DNA of 64,000 nucleotides from Candidatus Pacebacteria bacterium CG2_30_36_39 (GTDB lineage: Bacteria > Patescibacteriota > Microgenomatia > UBA1400 > PJMF01), in NCBI GenBank assembly GCA_001873435.1, contig MNZB01000002.1, positions 65,620-129,619 on the forward strand, given 5' to 3'. Positions 10,259-21,400 of the stretch are shown here, in pieces. The notes below the pieces were generated by a model. That model was not told the DNA's origin. It was given only the letters and a program-made list of their open reading frames with translations, and did no database searches. Made by a program: the position numbers and the translations under genes. Numbering within the stretch: position 1 is the first letter of the stretch; the number at the start of each line of letters is the position of its first letter.

Positions 10259-11577
10259 TCGCTCAAACCCTTAACGTCTTTGGTTGCAGTTTGTAGAGCA
10301 AAATCAGGAAGAGTTTTGTTTACTACTACTGGTTTAACAAATTTATTTACCATTTCTTGAGAATTGATAACATTGAGTTCTTTGAAGAAAAACTCAAAGC
10401 GATCCATCATGGTAGCTCTTAATTTAGTTCTATTTTCTACTGGCATATCCCAACATTTTTGTTTGAATGGTCCCCAGGCTTTTTTACGAAGTTTGTAATG
10501 AAATTGTTCTGGTGTTTCGGTTTCTTTCTTTTCATCTAAATGTTTAGCATCTAAATAATCATACATTTCTTGTAATAATTCTTGAGGAAATGCTGGGTCA
10601 TTCATGACTAAATTTTGAAAGCCAGTAGCTAGATGTACTTCTAGGGTTTTGGCTTGAGGAAATTGGTTGAAGTATTTATCTGGTAAGGTAGAAGCTCCAT
10701 GTTGGACAGAGCCACCAATTTGATATTTTTCTTGACCAATTTCAGTAATTGTTTTTAAGATAGAAAAGTCGACGTTGATATCGGCAAGCTTGCCATCAGC
10801 TAAGACAACACCGCCATGATGAGTTCCGGTTTGAATACTGATTTTGCTCATCCCAATCATACCTGTTGGTAGGCCTTGATTAAAACCTTCCATGTAGGCC
10901 GTGAAATCTGCTTCATTGCTATTTTTTCCTCCGATATGGCCAATTTCTCCACCCAAGGAAACATTGAGTTCTTTGGGTTGTAGTTTGCGGATGTATTTTG
11001 CTAGTTCTAGTGAATAGGTGTAGTTTGGTATTTGTTGTTCAGCTTCAGTTGGTTTGTCCAAAGCTACTAAAGTAGACATATCAATGTCGATGTTATAGAA
11101 ACCAGCTTTAAGAGCTTCTTCAATGAGTTTTTTAATAGTATCTATTTCACCATTTTTTGGTTCTCCTGGATTCGCTGCTTTGGCTTGGAAGTGATCACCT
11201 TGAACGAATAGTGGTCCAGACCAACCTTCTTTAATTGCAGCTGCAGTTAGGACAGTGACATATTCTTGTGGAGATTGATGGGTGTAGGCCATTTCTGAGC
11301 GGGCAATTTCGAAGATCATGGCTCCAACCTTAAGTTTTACTGCTGTGGCAAAAGCTGATCTAGCTGTGTCGTAGGTCATGCCACGAAGATTCATGGCTGG
11401 TACAGAAAAATTGTTGGGTAGTTGTTTTTTTCCACGAGCTGAATAAAATTCATGGATAGAACTGGGAATTACTCCAGCTTCAATGCCCATTTGCCAAATT
11501 TCAAAACGAGCTTGTTGTTTTTCTTGGTCAGAGCCAAAAACTGCTTGATAGACTAAGGTGTCAATATTTTTATTCAT
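10255..11577 (-). CDS. fba: Class II fructose-bisphosphate aldolase
   Basis: QGDH, GEIGHIGG, GTHHGG and VQHGAS metal-binding motifs; next to glpX. Confidence 0.85.
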   Translation of the reverse strand: MNKNIDTLVYQAVFGSDQEKQQARFEIWQMGIEAGVIPSSIHEFYSARGKKQLPNNFSVPAMNLRGMTYDTARSAFATAVKLKVGAMIFEIARSEMAYTHQSPQEYVTVLTAAAIKEGWSGPLFVQGDHFQAKAANPGEPKNGEIDTIKKLIEEALKAGFYNIDIDMSTLVALDKPTEAEQQIPNYTYSLELAKYIRKLQPKELNVSLGGEIGHIGGKNSNEADFTAYMEGFNQGLPTGMIGMSKISIQTGTHHGGVVLADGKLADINVDFSILKTITEIGQEKYQIGGSVQHGASTLPDKYFNQFPQAKTLEVHLATGFQNLVMNDPAFPQELLQEMYDYLDAKHLDEKKETETPEQFHYKLRKKAWGPFKQKCWDMPVENRTKLRATMMDRFEFFFKELNVINSQEMVNKFVKPVVVNKTLPDFALQTATKDVKGLSD

Positions 11578-11588
11578 ATATTTCCTTG

Positions 11589-12560
11589 TTAATAACTATA
11601 CATACGATATTCCATGGTTTCTTTATTAAAAACATGAGTAGTGTCGATAAATCTGATTTTGTTTAGTTGATTGGTCATTACTAATGAGTGAGTGCGAGCC
11701 CCGTCTCCAAAAAATCTAACACCATTGAGTAATTCTCCAGAAGTAACGCCAGTGGCGCAGAAAACAATGTGTTTGCCACCAGCTAGTTCGTTTTGAGTAT
11801 AAATTTTCTTTAATTTACCACCCATTTTTACAAGTCTTGTTTCTTCTTCTTTGTTTTTCGGCCAGAATCTGGCTTGCATCTCGCCCTTAATACAGCGAAG
11901 GGCAGCTGCTGTCATTACGCCTTCAGGAGCAGCGCCGATGCCCATTACAGCATGGATGGCAGTACCTCTCATGCAGGCCGCAACACCCGGAATAAGATCT
12001 CCATCAGGAATTAAATTAACTCTGGCACCAGTTTCTCTGACATGAGCAATTAGTTCTTCATGTCTATCTCGATCGAGGATGGTGATTGTTAAATCATCAA
12101 TGTCTCTATCAAGTACTTTTGCTAAGGTTTTTAAGGTTGTTTTTACTGGGTCATCAAGATGAACTTTGCCAGCTGCTTCTGGTGGTACGATTAGTTTTTC
12201 CATGTACATATCTGGTGCATGAAAAAGACCACCTCTTTCACTGGCTGCTAGAACTGTTAAAGCTCTAGGTCCAAGGGTGGCTGTGGCATTAGTATTTTCC
12301 AAAGGATCAACGGCAATGTCTATTTCTTTACCTTCTCCAGTGCCTACTTTTTCACCAATATATAGCATTGGGGCTTCATCTCTTTCGCCTTCGCCAATTA
12401 CTATTTTGCCGTCAAATTCTACAGTGTTTAGGTGGGTGCGAATAGCAATGACAGCAGCATCATCTGCTCGTTCTTTATCTCCATATCCTGCTGCTCTAGC
12501 AGCGGCTATAGCGCCTAATTCGATCGCATGAGAAAGTTCTAGGGCTAAGGTTTGTTCCAT
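11589..12560 (-). CDS. glpX: Class II fructose-1,6-bisphosphatase
   Basis: VIGEGERDEAPMLYIGE, DIAVDPLE and GAAPEGV motifs. Confidence 0.95.
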   Translation of the reverse strand: MEQTLALELSHAIELGAIAAARAAGYGDKERADDAAVIAIRTHLNTVEFDGKIVIGEGERDEAPMLYIGEKVGTGEGKEIDIAVDPLENTNATATLGPRALTVLAASERGGLFHAPDMYMEKLIVPPEAAGKVHLDDPVKTTLKTLAKVLDRDIDDLTITILDRDRHEELIAHVRETGARVNLIPDGDLIPGVAACMRGTAIHAVMGIGAAPEGVMTAAALRCIKGEMQARFWPKNKEEETRLVKMGGKLKKIYTQNELAGGKHIVFCATGVTSGELLNGVRFFGDGARTHSLVMTNQLNKIRFIDTTHVFNKETMEYRMYSY

Positions 12561-12569
12561 TGTTTTCCT

Positions 12570-13400
12570 TTAGATATTTGCTTCTAACTCGCTCCAACGG
12601 GCTCTAGCTTCTTTGAGGTTTTGTTCATTGGTTACTTCAAACCAGGGTCCTTGGAAGATTGAAGCACTTAGCTGTTGATGTTTGGCCAAAATTGGAAAGA
12701 CTTCTTTTTCTAGGTTGAAGATGTTTTTTTGAGGGAAGTAGTCAAAGATTTTGGTATCAAAAACATAGATGCCGGTATTAATAATGCTGATGCCAGCATT
12801 TTCGCTTGTAGTTAAGAATCTGGCAATTTTATTTCCTTGAATAAATACTTGGCCGTATTTTTTTTCTCCTAATCTTGGTTTGACAGCAATGGTTGCTAGA
12901 GATTTTTCTGAGAAATGAAAAGTACATAGTTCTGAAAGGTTGAGATTGGTTAGTACATCTCCGTGGATGACTAAGAATGGTAGTCCATGGAGTAGTTGTT
13001 CTGCTTTTTTCACTGCGCCGCCAGTGCCAAGTGGAGTGTCTTCGATTTGGTATTCAATTTTAAGGCCATGGTTTTCACCATTGCCAAAGATTCTCATGAT
13101 TTCAGTTTCATTTTGGTTGAGGCAAATAATGACTCTGTTGATGCGATGTTTTTTAAGGCTTGCTAGGGTGTGAGTTAATAAATAGCTGTTATTTATTTTT
13201 GTTAGGGCAGAGTTGGTTTGATTGTTTTGTTCTCCTCCAGCTAAAATTATGGCTGTTTGAATTGATGGTGAGAGAGATTGTTTGATTAGGGTTTCAATTG
13301 CATGAGAGCGATTACGAATGGTGACTCCGTTAACAAGGGCGTCTACAGAACTTAAGATCTCTTCAGATAAAGTGATGGTAAGTCTAGTTTTGGTGCGCAT
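12570..13400 (-). CDS. CopG/RHH domain fused to an NTP-transferase-like domain; probable regulator
   Basis: N-terminal RLTITL...NRSHAIE (RHH); ILAGG, PLGTGGA, GDVL and INTGIY, with a degenerate GxGTR loop. Confidence 0.75.
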   Translation of the reverse strand: MRTKTRLTITLSEEILSSVDALVNGVTIRNRSHAIETLIKQSLSPSIQTAIILAGGEQNNQTNSALTKINNSYLLTHTLASLKKHRINRVIICLNQNETEIMRIFGNGENHGLKIEYQIEDTPLGTGGAVKKAEQLLHGLPFLVIHGDVLTNLNLSELCTFHFSEKSLATIAVKPRLGEKKYGQVFIQGNKIARFLTTSENAGISIINTGIYVFDTKIFDYFPQKNIFNLEKEVFPILAKHQQLSASIFQGPWFEVTNEQNLKEARARWSELEANI

Positions 13401-13412
13401 AAACCACTTTCT

Positions 13413-14678
13413 TTATTTTCTTAATAATGGTTCAAGGCCGGGGAGTACTTTGCCACCCAAGAATTCTAGAGCAGCGCCTCCTGCAGCAGAGATATAGTCA
13501 AAGCGATCTGCTAGTCCAAGGTGATGGACTGCGCTGATGGTGTCTCCGCCACCAATGATTGTTTGGGCACTGCTTTTTGCTATGGCCGTGGCAATGGCTT
13601 TGGTGCCAGAGGCAAAGTCTGGTTGTTCAAAAACACCCATTGGTCCATTCCAGAAAATGGTTTGGGCTTCGAGGATAATGTCTCGGAATAAGCGTTCTGT
13701 TTTGGGGCCAATATCTAGGTACATCCAGGTTTTGCGACGTTCATCATCAGTGCCATCACTAAGGTCAATAATCTTTTTTTCTTTTGGATGGTCCATGTCA
13801 TCTGCTGCTACCACATCTGATGGGTAAATGATTTTTGGTAAAGGAATATAGCCGTGAAGCATCATTTTTTCAGTTTTAGTATCTTTAATTAGTTCTTCAG
13901 CTACTGCAACAAAGGAGATATGTTCTTTTTTGGTATCTGCTGGTTTGTCTTCAAGATATGAGTGGAATACGTCTAAGCCTTCTGCTTTGAGGAAGTTGTT
14001 TGCAACACCGCCTCCTACGAGAACTACATCGGCTACTTTGCTGAGATTGCGGATGGCCTCAACTTTATCAGAGATTTTTGCTCCACCGACTATGGCGACA
14101 AAAGGGCGCTTTGGTTTTTGAGTTAGGTTGGTTAACATTTCTACTTCTTCAGCTAGGGCAAAGCCAGCATAGGCTGGTAGGTATTTGGTGATGCCAACTA
14201 CTGTTGAGTGGGCACGGTGTGCTGAGGAAAATGCGTCATTTACATAGATATCAGCTAGTTTTGCTAGGTCTTTGGCAAAGTTTAAATCGTTTTTCTTTTC
14301 TCCAGGGTGAAAGCGGCTGTTTTCTAACATGAGTATTTCTCCTGGTTGGAGTTGGGCTACTGCAGTTTCTGCTTCTGGTCCAGCTGGGACGTTTATTTTT
14401 TGAATTTTTTTGCCAAGAATTTTTTCTAATTGTTTGGCAATGGGGTCCATGCGCAGGGCTTCTACAATTTGGCCGCTTGGGCGACCGAAATGAGAAGTAA
14501 GGATGATTTTGGCTTTGTTTTTAATGAGAAATTCTAGGGTAGGGATAGTGACTCTTAGTCTTGTATCGTCCGTCACAACTTTGTTGTGGCGATCTGTTTT
14601 AGTGGGGATGTTGTAGTCAACTTTGAGTAATACTCTTTTGTTTGCAACTGCTTCAGTGGTTATTTTTTTAAGAGTCAT
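13413..14678 (-). CDS. pgk: Phosphoglycerate kinase
   Basis: SHFGRP, NDAFSSAHRAH, GGAKISDK, WNGPMGVFE and GGGDT motifs. Confidence 0.96.
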   Translation of the reverse strand: MTLKKITTEAVANKRVLLKVDYNIPTKTDRHNKVVTDDTRLRVTIPTLEFLIKNKAKIILTSHFGRPSGQIVEALRMDPIAKQLEKILGKKIQKINVPAGPEAETAVAQLQPGEILMLENSRFHPGEKKNDLNFAKDLAKLADIYVNDAFSSAHRAHSTVVGITKYLPAYAGFALAEEVEMLTNLTQKPKRPFVAIVGGAKISDKVEAIRNLSKVADVVLVGGGVANNFLKAEGLDVFHSYLEDKPADTKKEHISFVAVAEELIKDTKTEKMMLHGYIPLPKIIYPSDVVAADDMDHPKEKKIIDLSDGTDDERRKTWMYLDIGPKTERLFRDIILEAQTIFWNGPMGVFEQPDFASGTKAIATAIAKSSAQTIIGGGDTISAVHHLGLADRFDYISAAGGAALEFLGGKVLPGLEPLLRK

Positions 14679-14695
14679 AACTGAAATATTCCTTA

Positions 14696-14747
14696 TGTCA
14701 TACTTTTGTCATACTCATTTATACTTGGAATTAATGAGCTTTGTCAA
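14696..14747 (-). promoter_or_regulatory. sigma70 promoter of the pgk operon with a tandem AGTATGACA direct repeat (candidate operator)
   Basis: Minus strand TTGACA-18 nt-TATAAA; plus-strand TGTCATACT at 14696-14704 and 14707-14715. Confidence 0.6.
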
Positions 14748-14758
14748 ATCACGTTCAA

Positions 14759-15271
14759 CTATGATTTTTTCTTGATTGGGGAGGATTTTTTTGTTATTGT
14801 TTTTTCGTCAAAAACTCGTTCGAATTCAAAGATTAGATACCAGCCAATTAGGGTTAAGGTTAGGCTCCAGAAAACAGATGTTTGATGGAAAATTATGGCG
14901 TAGAGTCTGATTCCAGCCAATGCGACCGACGCTTGAAACCAGTTTTGCCAACCCTTTGTTTGAGTTTTCTTTTGAGCTAAGCCGGTGAAGGCTGAGAAGT
15001 ATAAGATTCCAACTAAGAGGTTGAAGATTCCGTCCCAAAAAAGGTAAATGGGGTTGATATCCAATAGATGGCTGAAGACTTTGGGTAGTGAACCAAATTG
15101 GAAGCTACCAGAAAGTGAGCGTAAGCCTTGAACTATTTTTACTAAACCACGCAAAAATAAATACCAAGGGATGAGCGGGATAAATGTTGAGAGGAGTTTT
15201 TTAGGAAAATGGGGGAAGGGAGCGAAAAATTTTTTAAAGTTACTGCTGAGATTGAAAAAGAACTCGGCCAT
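14759..15271 (-). CDS. Multi-pass membrane protein
   Basis: 170 aa with about four hydrophobic segments. Confidence 0.7.
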   Translation of the reverse strand: MAEFFFNLSSNFKKFFAPFPHFPKKLLSTFIPLIPWYLFLRGLVKIVQGLRSLSGSFQFGSLPKVFSHLLDINPIYLFWDGIFNLLVGILYFSAFTGLAQKKTQTKGWQNWFQASVALAGIRLYAIIFHQTSVFWSLTLTLIGWYLIFEFERVFDEKTITKKSSPIKKKS

Positions 15272-15338
15272 ATGGTTATTATAGAAACAAAATGATGGCT
15301 AGGCAAAGAGTAAAATGAGGTACAATACTTGAAGTAAA

Positions 15339-15794
15339 ATGCCACAACCTCGTTACGCCAAATCTTTACAACCTCATTCTGGAGCCGTGATTATGGCTCT
15401 ATATCATTTTCTTAAGCATCCTGATAAGTTGAATTTTGATATTAGGATGACAGAGCCGTTTTCTAGGGTTTATAGAATTATTTTAGAGGGTAGGACTCGT
15501 GATGAGTTGATTTTTAGGACTGGTAAGGATTGGCCTTGTTATTCCAGGATATATTTTCACTCTAATAACACTGAGTTTCGTATTCAACATGATCATTCCC
15601 CTGTTAAAGAGGAGTTTCGGATAGAGGGTAGAAAGTTGTATATGGGTGATTTGCGCACTGAATCTGGGATGAGGGTGGAGTTTGAGGGTGAGTTTTTTCA
15701 GCCTACTACGTTGGAGCTGAAGGAAGATTTTCGTTTGCCAGATGGTCGTTTAATTAATGATCGTCGTTATTATCAAGTAGATTCTGCCTGGTAA
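15339..15794 (+). CDS. Hypothetical protein
   Basis: 151-aa ORF, stop/start overlap with the next gene. Confidence 0.65.
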   Translation: MPQPRYAKSLQPHSGAVIMALYHFLKHPDKLNFDIRMTEPFSRVYRIILEGRTRDELIFRTGKDWPCYSRIYFHSNNTEFRIQHDHSPVKEEFRIEGRKLYMGDLRTESGMRVEFEGEFFQPTTLELKEDFRLPDGRLINDRRYYQVDSAW

Positions 15795-16276
15795 TGTCTG
15801 AAGATTTGGTTTTTCAAACTAAGAATTTTACTGTTGGTAGGCATCCTCAGCCTTTTGTTAGTCGTGCTGATGGTGGTCATTTAAGAATTTTTCCTAAAAA
15901 TAATGAGGTTAGTTGTATTAATGATTTGTCGGTTGAGGAGTCAATTGAGTTGATTAGGTTGCAGCGAGTGGTGAGAGAGGCTTTGATGACTGCGATGAAT
16001 AAGCGAGGTGTTGCTGTGGTGTGGGTTAATTTGGAGGATTTGGGTAATTGGGCTTTTAAGAGAGGTGAAAGGCCTGTCTTACATATTCATGTTTTTGGAA
16101 GGGCTAGAGATGCGGTTAAGCAGCCTTTTCCTGAAGCAGTTAATTTGCCAGATAGGTCAACTGGTTTTTATGATGGTTTTGAGGCCTTAAATCAAGGGGA
16201 TATGAAGGCTATTGCCGAGGAGATGGCTATGGTTTTTGCTCGGCCAGAATATCAAGATGATCAGTGGGGTTTATAG
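15794..16276 (+). CDS. HIT-like family protein
   Basis: GGHLRIFPK and LHIHVFGR motifs. Confidence 0.75.
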   Translation: MSEDLVFQTKNFTVGRHPQPFVSRADGGHLRIFPKNNEVSCINDLSVEESIELIRLQRVVREALMTAMNKRGVAVVWVNLEDLGNWAFKRGERPVLHIHVFGRARDAVKQPFPEAVNLPDRSTGFYDGFEALNQGDMKAIAEEMAMVFARPEYQDDQWGL

Positions 16277-17016
16277 GGGTTAAAGATTTTTCTTAGTCCT
16301 CTTTGGAAGTTTTGCCAGAAGCCGCCGTTGTTTCTTTTCTCATTTTTTCTAAGGGTTTTGTCTTCAGGTCTTTCATAGTTCCAGGCTAGTAAATTTTTTT
16401 TCTTTTTTAGTTCACCTAAATAATGTTGAGCTACGTCCAGGATATATACAACTCCGGCACTATTAGTATAACGAGCCCAAGCATGTCCGCCTCTGCCTAG
16501 GATTTGGTTTCTATCAACTGAAACAGTGCCTCTTACGTAGCCGTTTGTTTTTAGTTTTTCAAGTAAGTAGGCCGCGAGTAGTCCTTGGTGTCTGCAAACT
16601 CCACCGCCAATGAATTCGCCTAAATATACTTTGTGGTTGTCTCCAACGCGTTGATGAACTCTGTCACCAGCTCCGGTGTCGTATGGCATGAGTCTGGCTA
16701 CAGTTTCATAGACGATGTTTAGGATTTGGCCTTTAGGGTCTATCCCAGTTCTTCTGATTTGTTCAATTTTTTGGATGACAGAGCCATAGATGGGCATTAG
16801 TCTTTTGTCTGCTTGGTCGTCAACTACTACTGCTTCGTCTTGGTTGTAGAAATATACGCCGCCGTTGATTGGGGTGTCTCTACCGATGATGGCTCTGCCT
16901 TGGTAGAGGTTTTCTCTACGGCCATCAGGTTTGATGTTTTGTTGAAATTTATTGATTTGTTTGGCGTGTTGGTGGGCGATGTTTGTGTATTCCCACAAGG
17001 CTGATTGTTCGTTCAT
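16261..17016 (-). CDS. Transglutaminase/papain-like Cys-His-Asp domain protein
   Basis: GVCRH, GHAW and YILD catalytic-triad pattern. Confidence 0.65.
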   Translation of the reverse strand: MNEQSALWEYTNIAHQHAKQINKFQQNIKPDGRRENLYQGRAIIGRDTPINGGVYFYNQDEAVVVDDQADKRLMPIYGSVIQKIEQIRRTGIDPKGQILNIVYETVARLMPYDTGAGDRVHQRVGDNHKVYLGEFIGGGVCRHQGLLAAYLLEKLKTNGYVRGTVSVDRNQILGRGGHAWARYTNSAGVVYILDVAQHYLGELKKKKNLLAWNYERPEDKTLRKNEKRNNGGFWQNFQRGLRKIFNPYKPH

Positions 17017-17028
17017 ATATTTAGTTAA

Positions 17029-17328
17029 TTAGTTTTTTCTTAGGCCCATGATTAGCATGAATAATATAAGTGCTTTGATGGGTAAATTGTCAGTTGGTTC
17101 AAGGATTATTTTGGTGAGTGTGGTTTCCTGGCCAATTAGGAGGTGAACTATGATGCTGATGGGGAACATGAGCCATAACCAGTTGCTTCTGTTGGTGTTG
17201 ATGTTGATGATTCTAAATAGTTTGATGAGGAGCGGAGAGAGAAGGTAAATAGCTAAGTATGAGATTGCAACGTCGAAGATGGCTATTTGATAGATTCTGA
17301 AGCTGCGAAGGTGTTCTATGGAAAACAT
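17029..17328 (-). CDS. Small membrane protein
   Basis: 99-aa hydrophobic ORF. Confidence 0.7.
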   Translation of the reverse strand: MFSIEHLRSFRIYQIAIFDVAISYLAIYLLSPLLIKLFRIININTNRSNWLWLMFPISIIVHLLIGQETTLTKIILEPTDNLPIKALILFMLIMGLRKN

Positions 17329-17389
17329 TTTTTCTTTCTAAGAATTAAGTATACTTATTAAGTTTTATAAATGTGGTAGCATTTTAGTT

Positions 17390-18307
17390 GTGTTAGAAGA
17401 AGATCAGGTGGGTGTTAAGGAAGAGGTTGCTAGGCCTGAGATAAGGTCTTGGCAGGGTGATGCAGAGAAGAGGGCTGCTATTGCTGAGGCTTTGGGTAGG
17501 GAAACTTCTAGTTCAATGAGGCAGAGGCTTTATAATTATTTGTTTGATGAGGTTGGTCGTGAGGCTAAGGTTGCTGTTGCTAGTGAGGATAGGAAAGGGA
17601 GAAAGGTTCGTTATTATCGGATTATGGGTCAGGAGGATTTTAATTTATGGATTGAGCATGCCAAGCTTAATGCTGAGGTTTTGACTGATCCATTGACGGA
17701 TAAGATTTCTTCTAAGGATATTGCTCATTATCTGTATTATTTAGTTGGTTCTGGTTTATTTTTTAATTTTAGTGAGGATATTTCTCCTGAAAATGTTTTT
17801 GAGTATTTGCCTCAGTTGTTTCCGGCTGCAAGTGCAGAGGAGGTGGCTATGGTTTCTACTACTGATAGTGCTGCTGTGGTGCGAGGTTTTTTGTTTAAGT
17901 ATGCGAATAGAGAGGCTTTGAAGTTTATGCATCGCGGTTCTTCTTCGAGGCTTAATCCATATTTTTCTTGTAGTGTAGGTGGTCCTTCTTATCTTTATCA
18001 GGATCCTTTGGTTTGTGTGGAGCTGGTGATTCCAGATGATAAGGTTGAGGTGGAGAGTGGTGCTTTTGAGGAGGAGAAGGAGGTTTATTTGACTAATTTA
18101 GATTTGGCTTGGGTTACTAGGGTTTATGCTGGCGGTTCTACTGGTAATGAGCAGTGGATCGAGGAGGTAATTTATAATCCGGAGATTCCCATTGGTGAGC
18201 ATACGGTGAATAGATATAAGAGTTCTGATTCTAGTTATAGTGAGGTTGGTGCTTGGACTAGGGATGAGGAGTTGGTTGATTGTTTGCCAGTTGGTTTATT
18301 GGATTAA
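17390..18307 (+). CDS. Hypothetical protein, possible ADP-ribosyltransferase-like fold
   Basis: 305 aa; YYR, FSCS and EEEKEV appear in R-S-ExE order. Confidence 0.6.
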   Translation: MLEEDQVGVKEEVARPEIRSWQGDAEKRAAIAEALGRETSSSMRQRLYNYLFDEVGREAKVAVASEDRKGRKVRYYRIMGQEDFNLWIEHAKLNAEVLTDPLTDKISSKDIAHYLYYLVGSGLFFNFSEDISPENVFEYLPQLFPAASAEEVAMVSTTDSAAVVRGFLFKYANREALKFMHRGSSSRLNPYFSCSVGGPSYLYQDPLVCVELVIPDDKVEVESGAFEEEKEVYLTNLDLAWVTRVYAGGSTGNEQWIEEVIYNPEIPIGEHTVNRYKSSDSSYSEVGAWTRDEELVDCLPVGLLD

Positions 18308-18464
18308 TCAAGCTATTTTTCATTATATTGCTATTTATTTTTTCTTTTTTTGGTTTAGAATGGTTGTAGCAGTTGTTTGTCTTTTGATAGCATCTGTCTG
18401 ATATATAACGATTTATTTCTGCCTGGTTATATTCTTTAAATAGTAATTAAAAGAAGGTTTAAAG

Positions 18465-21400
18465 GTGAAGAGTTTATTTCGCAAGTTTAATCAAAAGTTT
18501 TTTTCTATTTTCTATATTTTTCTCATTTTTGTTCAAAATCTTTTTCCTCTTTCTATTCTTTTTGCTTCTCCCGCTTATGCTCAGGAGAGTCAGGTAAATA
18601 TTGATGTTTCTAGTGTGAAGTTGTTTTTTAATAGTAATACTAATAAGCTTTCTTTTTCTGTTAAGGCTGACCAAAATCTTGATTATGTTATTGAGTATTC
18701 TAATGGAGATATAAATCAGGCTGTACAGAGTATGGCTCAGGTTGCTGATGGTGTTGTTAAGGCTGATGTTTATCTTGGTTCTTGCTCTACTACTGAGTGT
18801 TCTCCCGATGAGTTTTCAAGTGGGAAAATTAGTTTTCCGAGTGTTGGTTATGAGGCAGATTTTTCTTACAAGAATAATCAGCTTTGGTTAATTCATAATG
18901 GTTTAGCTTCTATTGCTAAGGTTTCTGCAGGCGTTACTTATGTTGCTCCTCAAAATGAACAGGTCAAGGTTACATTTATAAAGCTTCCAGCCGAAGCAGG
19001 TTCTTTGTCTATTAGAGAAGTAGAGCTTAGTGAAGAACAGGTTAGTGCTATTGGTGCGGTGAGCAATGTTGCTTATGACATTTCTTCTTCTATGGAGAAT
19101 GGTAGTTTTGCTTATGATCTTAAGTTGCCTGTTCCTGAGGGTGCAAATGATAATGCTCAAGTTGTTTATACAGAGGATTTAAATGATCTTAATGTGTCTA
19201 GTGTTGAGGAGTCTGTTGTGGATAATGAGGTTAGTGTGGATGGGTTGGATCATTTTACGGTTTTTGTTGTTGTTTATAACTCTACTCCAAGCGTTACTCC
19301 TGAGACTAGTTATCCAAGTCTTGGTTTTCAAGCAACTCAAACAAGTGAATTTGGTGATTATGTTCATTTGGCTGGAACTGCACGTTTATTACAAAAGATA
19401 ACTGTGACTATGGTTACTTGGGCAAAATTTTCAGATTATACTAGCGATCCTAGGTACAATAGCAGTAATTGGATTCATCCAATTACTGTAAATGTTTATA
19501 GTTCTCATTTGGATGAAAATGGTATTCCTGATGAACTTTTAGTCACAACTACGAAATCAGTTACAATTCCATGGAGACCGGCTGCTGACCCATTTTGTTC
19601 TGACAGTAGATGGAAAGATTCAAATGGTGTTTGTAACAATGGTTTTGCATTCAATGCAGAGTTTGATTTGAGTGGATTAAATGTAATCTTGCCTGATGAT
19701 GTAATAGTTGGAATTGCATATGATACACAAAGCTATGGTGTTTCTCCAATTGGAGTTGATGGGCCTTACAACTCTCTTAATGTAGCTGTTCCTAATAATC
19801 AATCTGTTAATGTCGGAAGTGATGATAATGTGAATGAATTATTTTGGAATACTTCTACAAAATCTTGGTATACAGACGGTGGAGCTGCAGGATATAAAGT
19901 TTTTCGTAAAGATGATAATTGGAGTCCAAACGGAACAGTTTCTTTTAAAATTGAAACATTAGGTGATAATACTGCGCCAAAAATAGTTGTTACATCCCCA
20001 ATAGATGAATCTTATGCAGGTGTTCCTACTACTATTAGCGGTACTGTTAGTGATTTAGAAACAGGTGTTGCTTCTGTGTCAATGCATTTATATAACAAAA
20101 ATACAAATACATTGATTCCTGGGTGTACTAGCTTATCAGCAACAATTGATGGTGGAAATTGGTCCTTAAATATTAATAATGGTGGAACATGTAATGTTTC
20201 AGATGGTTACTATGAAGTTGCTGCTTGGGCTTATGATAATGCAGGTAATCCAGGATGGGCATCACGCACACAATTTAAAATTGATAGTACTGCTCCATCT
20301 AAACCAACTGGATTAAAATTTTTAAATTCAGATGGCAAATATTATCAATGTGGAGATATTTCAAAAAGACAAGTTTCTGTTCCAATGTGGGATGATAATA
20401 CAGAGAGTGATTTTGACCACTACGAGTATTCGTCTTTTCATCCAACCGGAGCACAAGGTTTAAATGAAACTATTTTATATGTTCCAAAATTACAAAATTC
20501 TTGGATGCCGCCAACTGACGGAGCTTATGGTTTTTCAGTTAGGTCAGTTGATAAAGCTGGAAATAAATCAGATTGGTCATTAACTGGAGAAACTTTAGAT
20601 GGAAGTTGTAAAATAATTTATGATTCCACTTCTCCAGAAATTTCCATAGACTTAATTAAATATCCCAATGGCACTACAAAAACGGTATTTGTAACAAACT
20701 ACAACACACCAGTCATATTAGGTAGTCTAATAAGTCCTGACATTGACTCCGTAGTACTAAATGTAAATGGACATGATTACGCCGCAAACATTAGTAGTGG
20801 CTGGGAAGCTACTATTAGTGATGTATTAGCAGATGGTGAATACACCATGACAGTTATTGCAACTGACAAAGCTGGGAATAGTAAGTCATTTGAACAAAAA
20901 ATCTTAATCGATACAAAAGCACCAACTGCAAAACACACCTACTACAAAGACACTAAAGAAATCACTGATCCAATAGCCTATGGCCAGTTTGTAAATCAAT
21001 TCAGCTTTACTGGTAACTATGAAGATAGTGATCCATCATCAGGTCTTTATTGGGATTCATTTGTAATCTTCCAAGCACAGGATAACGGCACCTTTGCCTT
21101 TAGCAATAATGGTAAAAAATCCTATTGTGGCTGGAGAAAAAATCCCAACCTAGTAAATCTATCTGGAACAAATTTTGTTCTTGAAACACCAAGATCTTTT
21201 TCTGAATGTACCTCAGAATTACCAGATGGTGAATACTACCTGGCACATCATATTTATGACAGTGCCACTAGAAAAGATATCCCATCTATAAACCAATTTA
21301 GAGATGTCTTGGGATTACACTTTGTAATAGACACCGTTAAGCCAACTAGTGCCATAACCTCATATGAACTTGAAGATGGCGGATCAGTAGAAACAACCAC

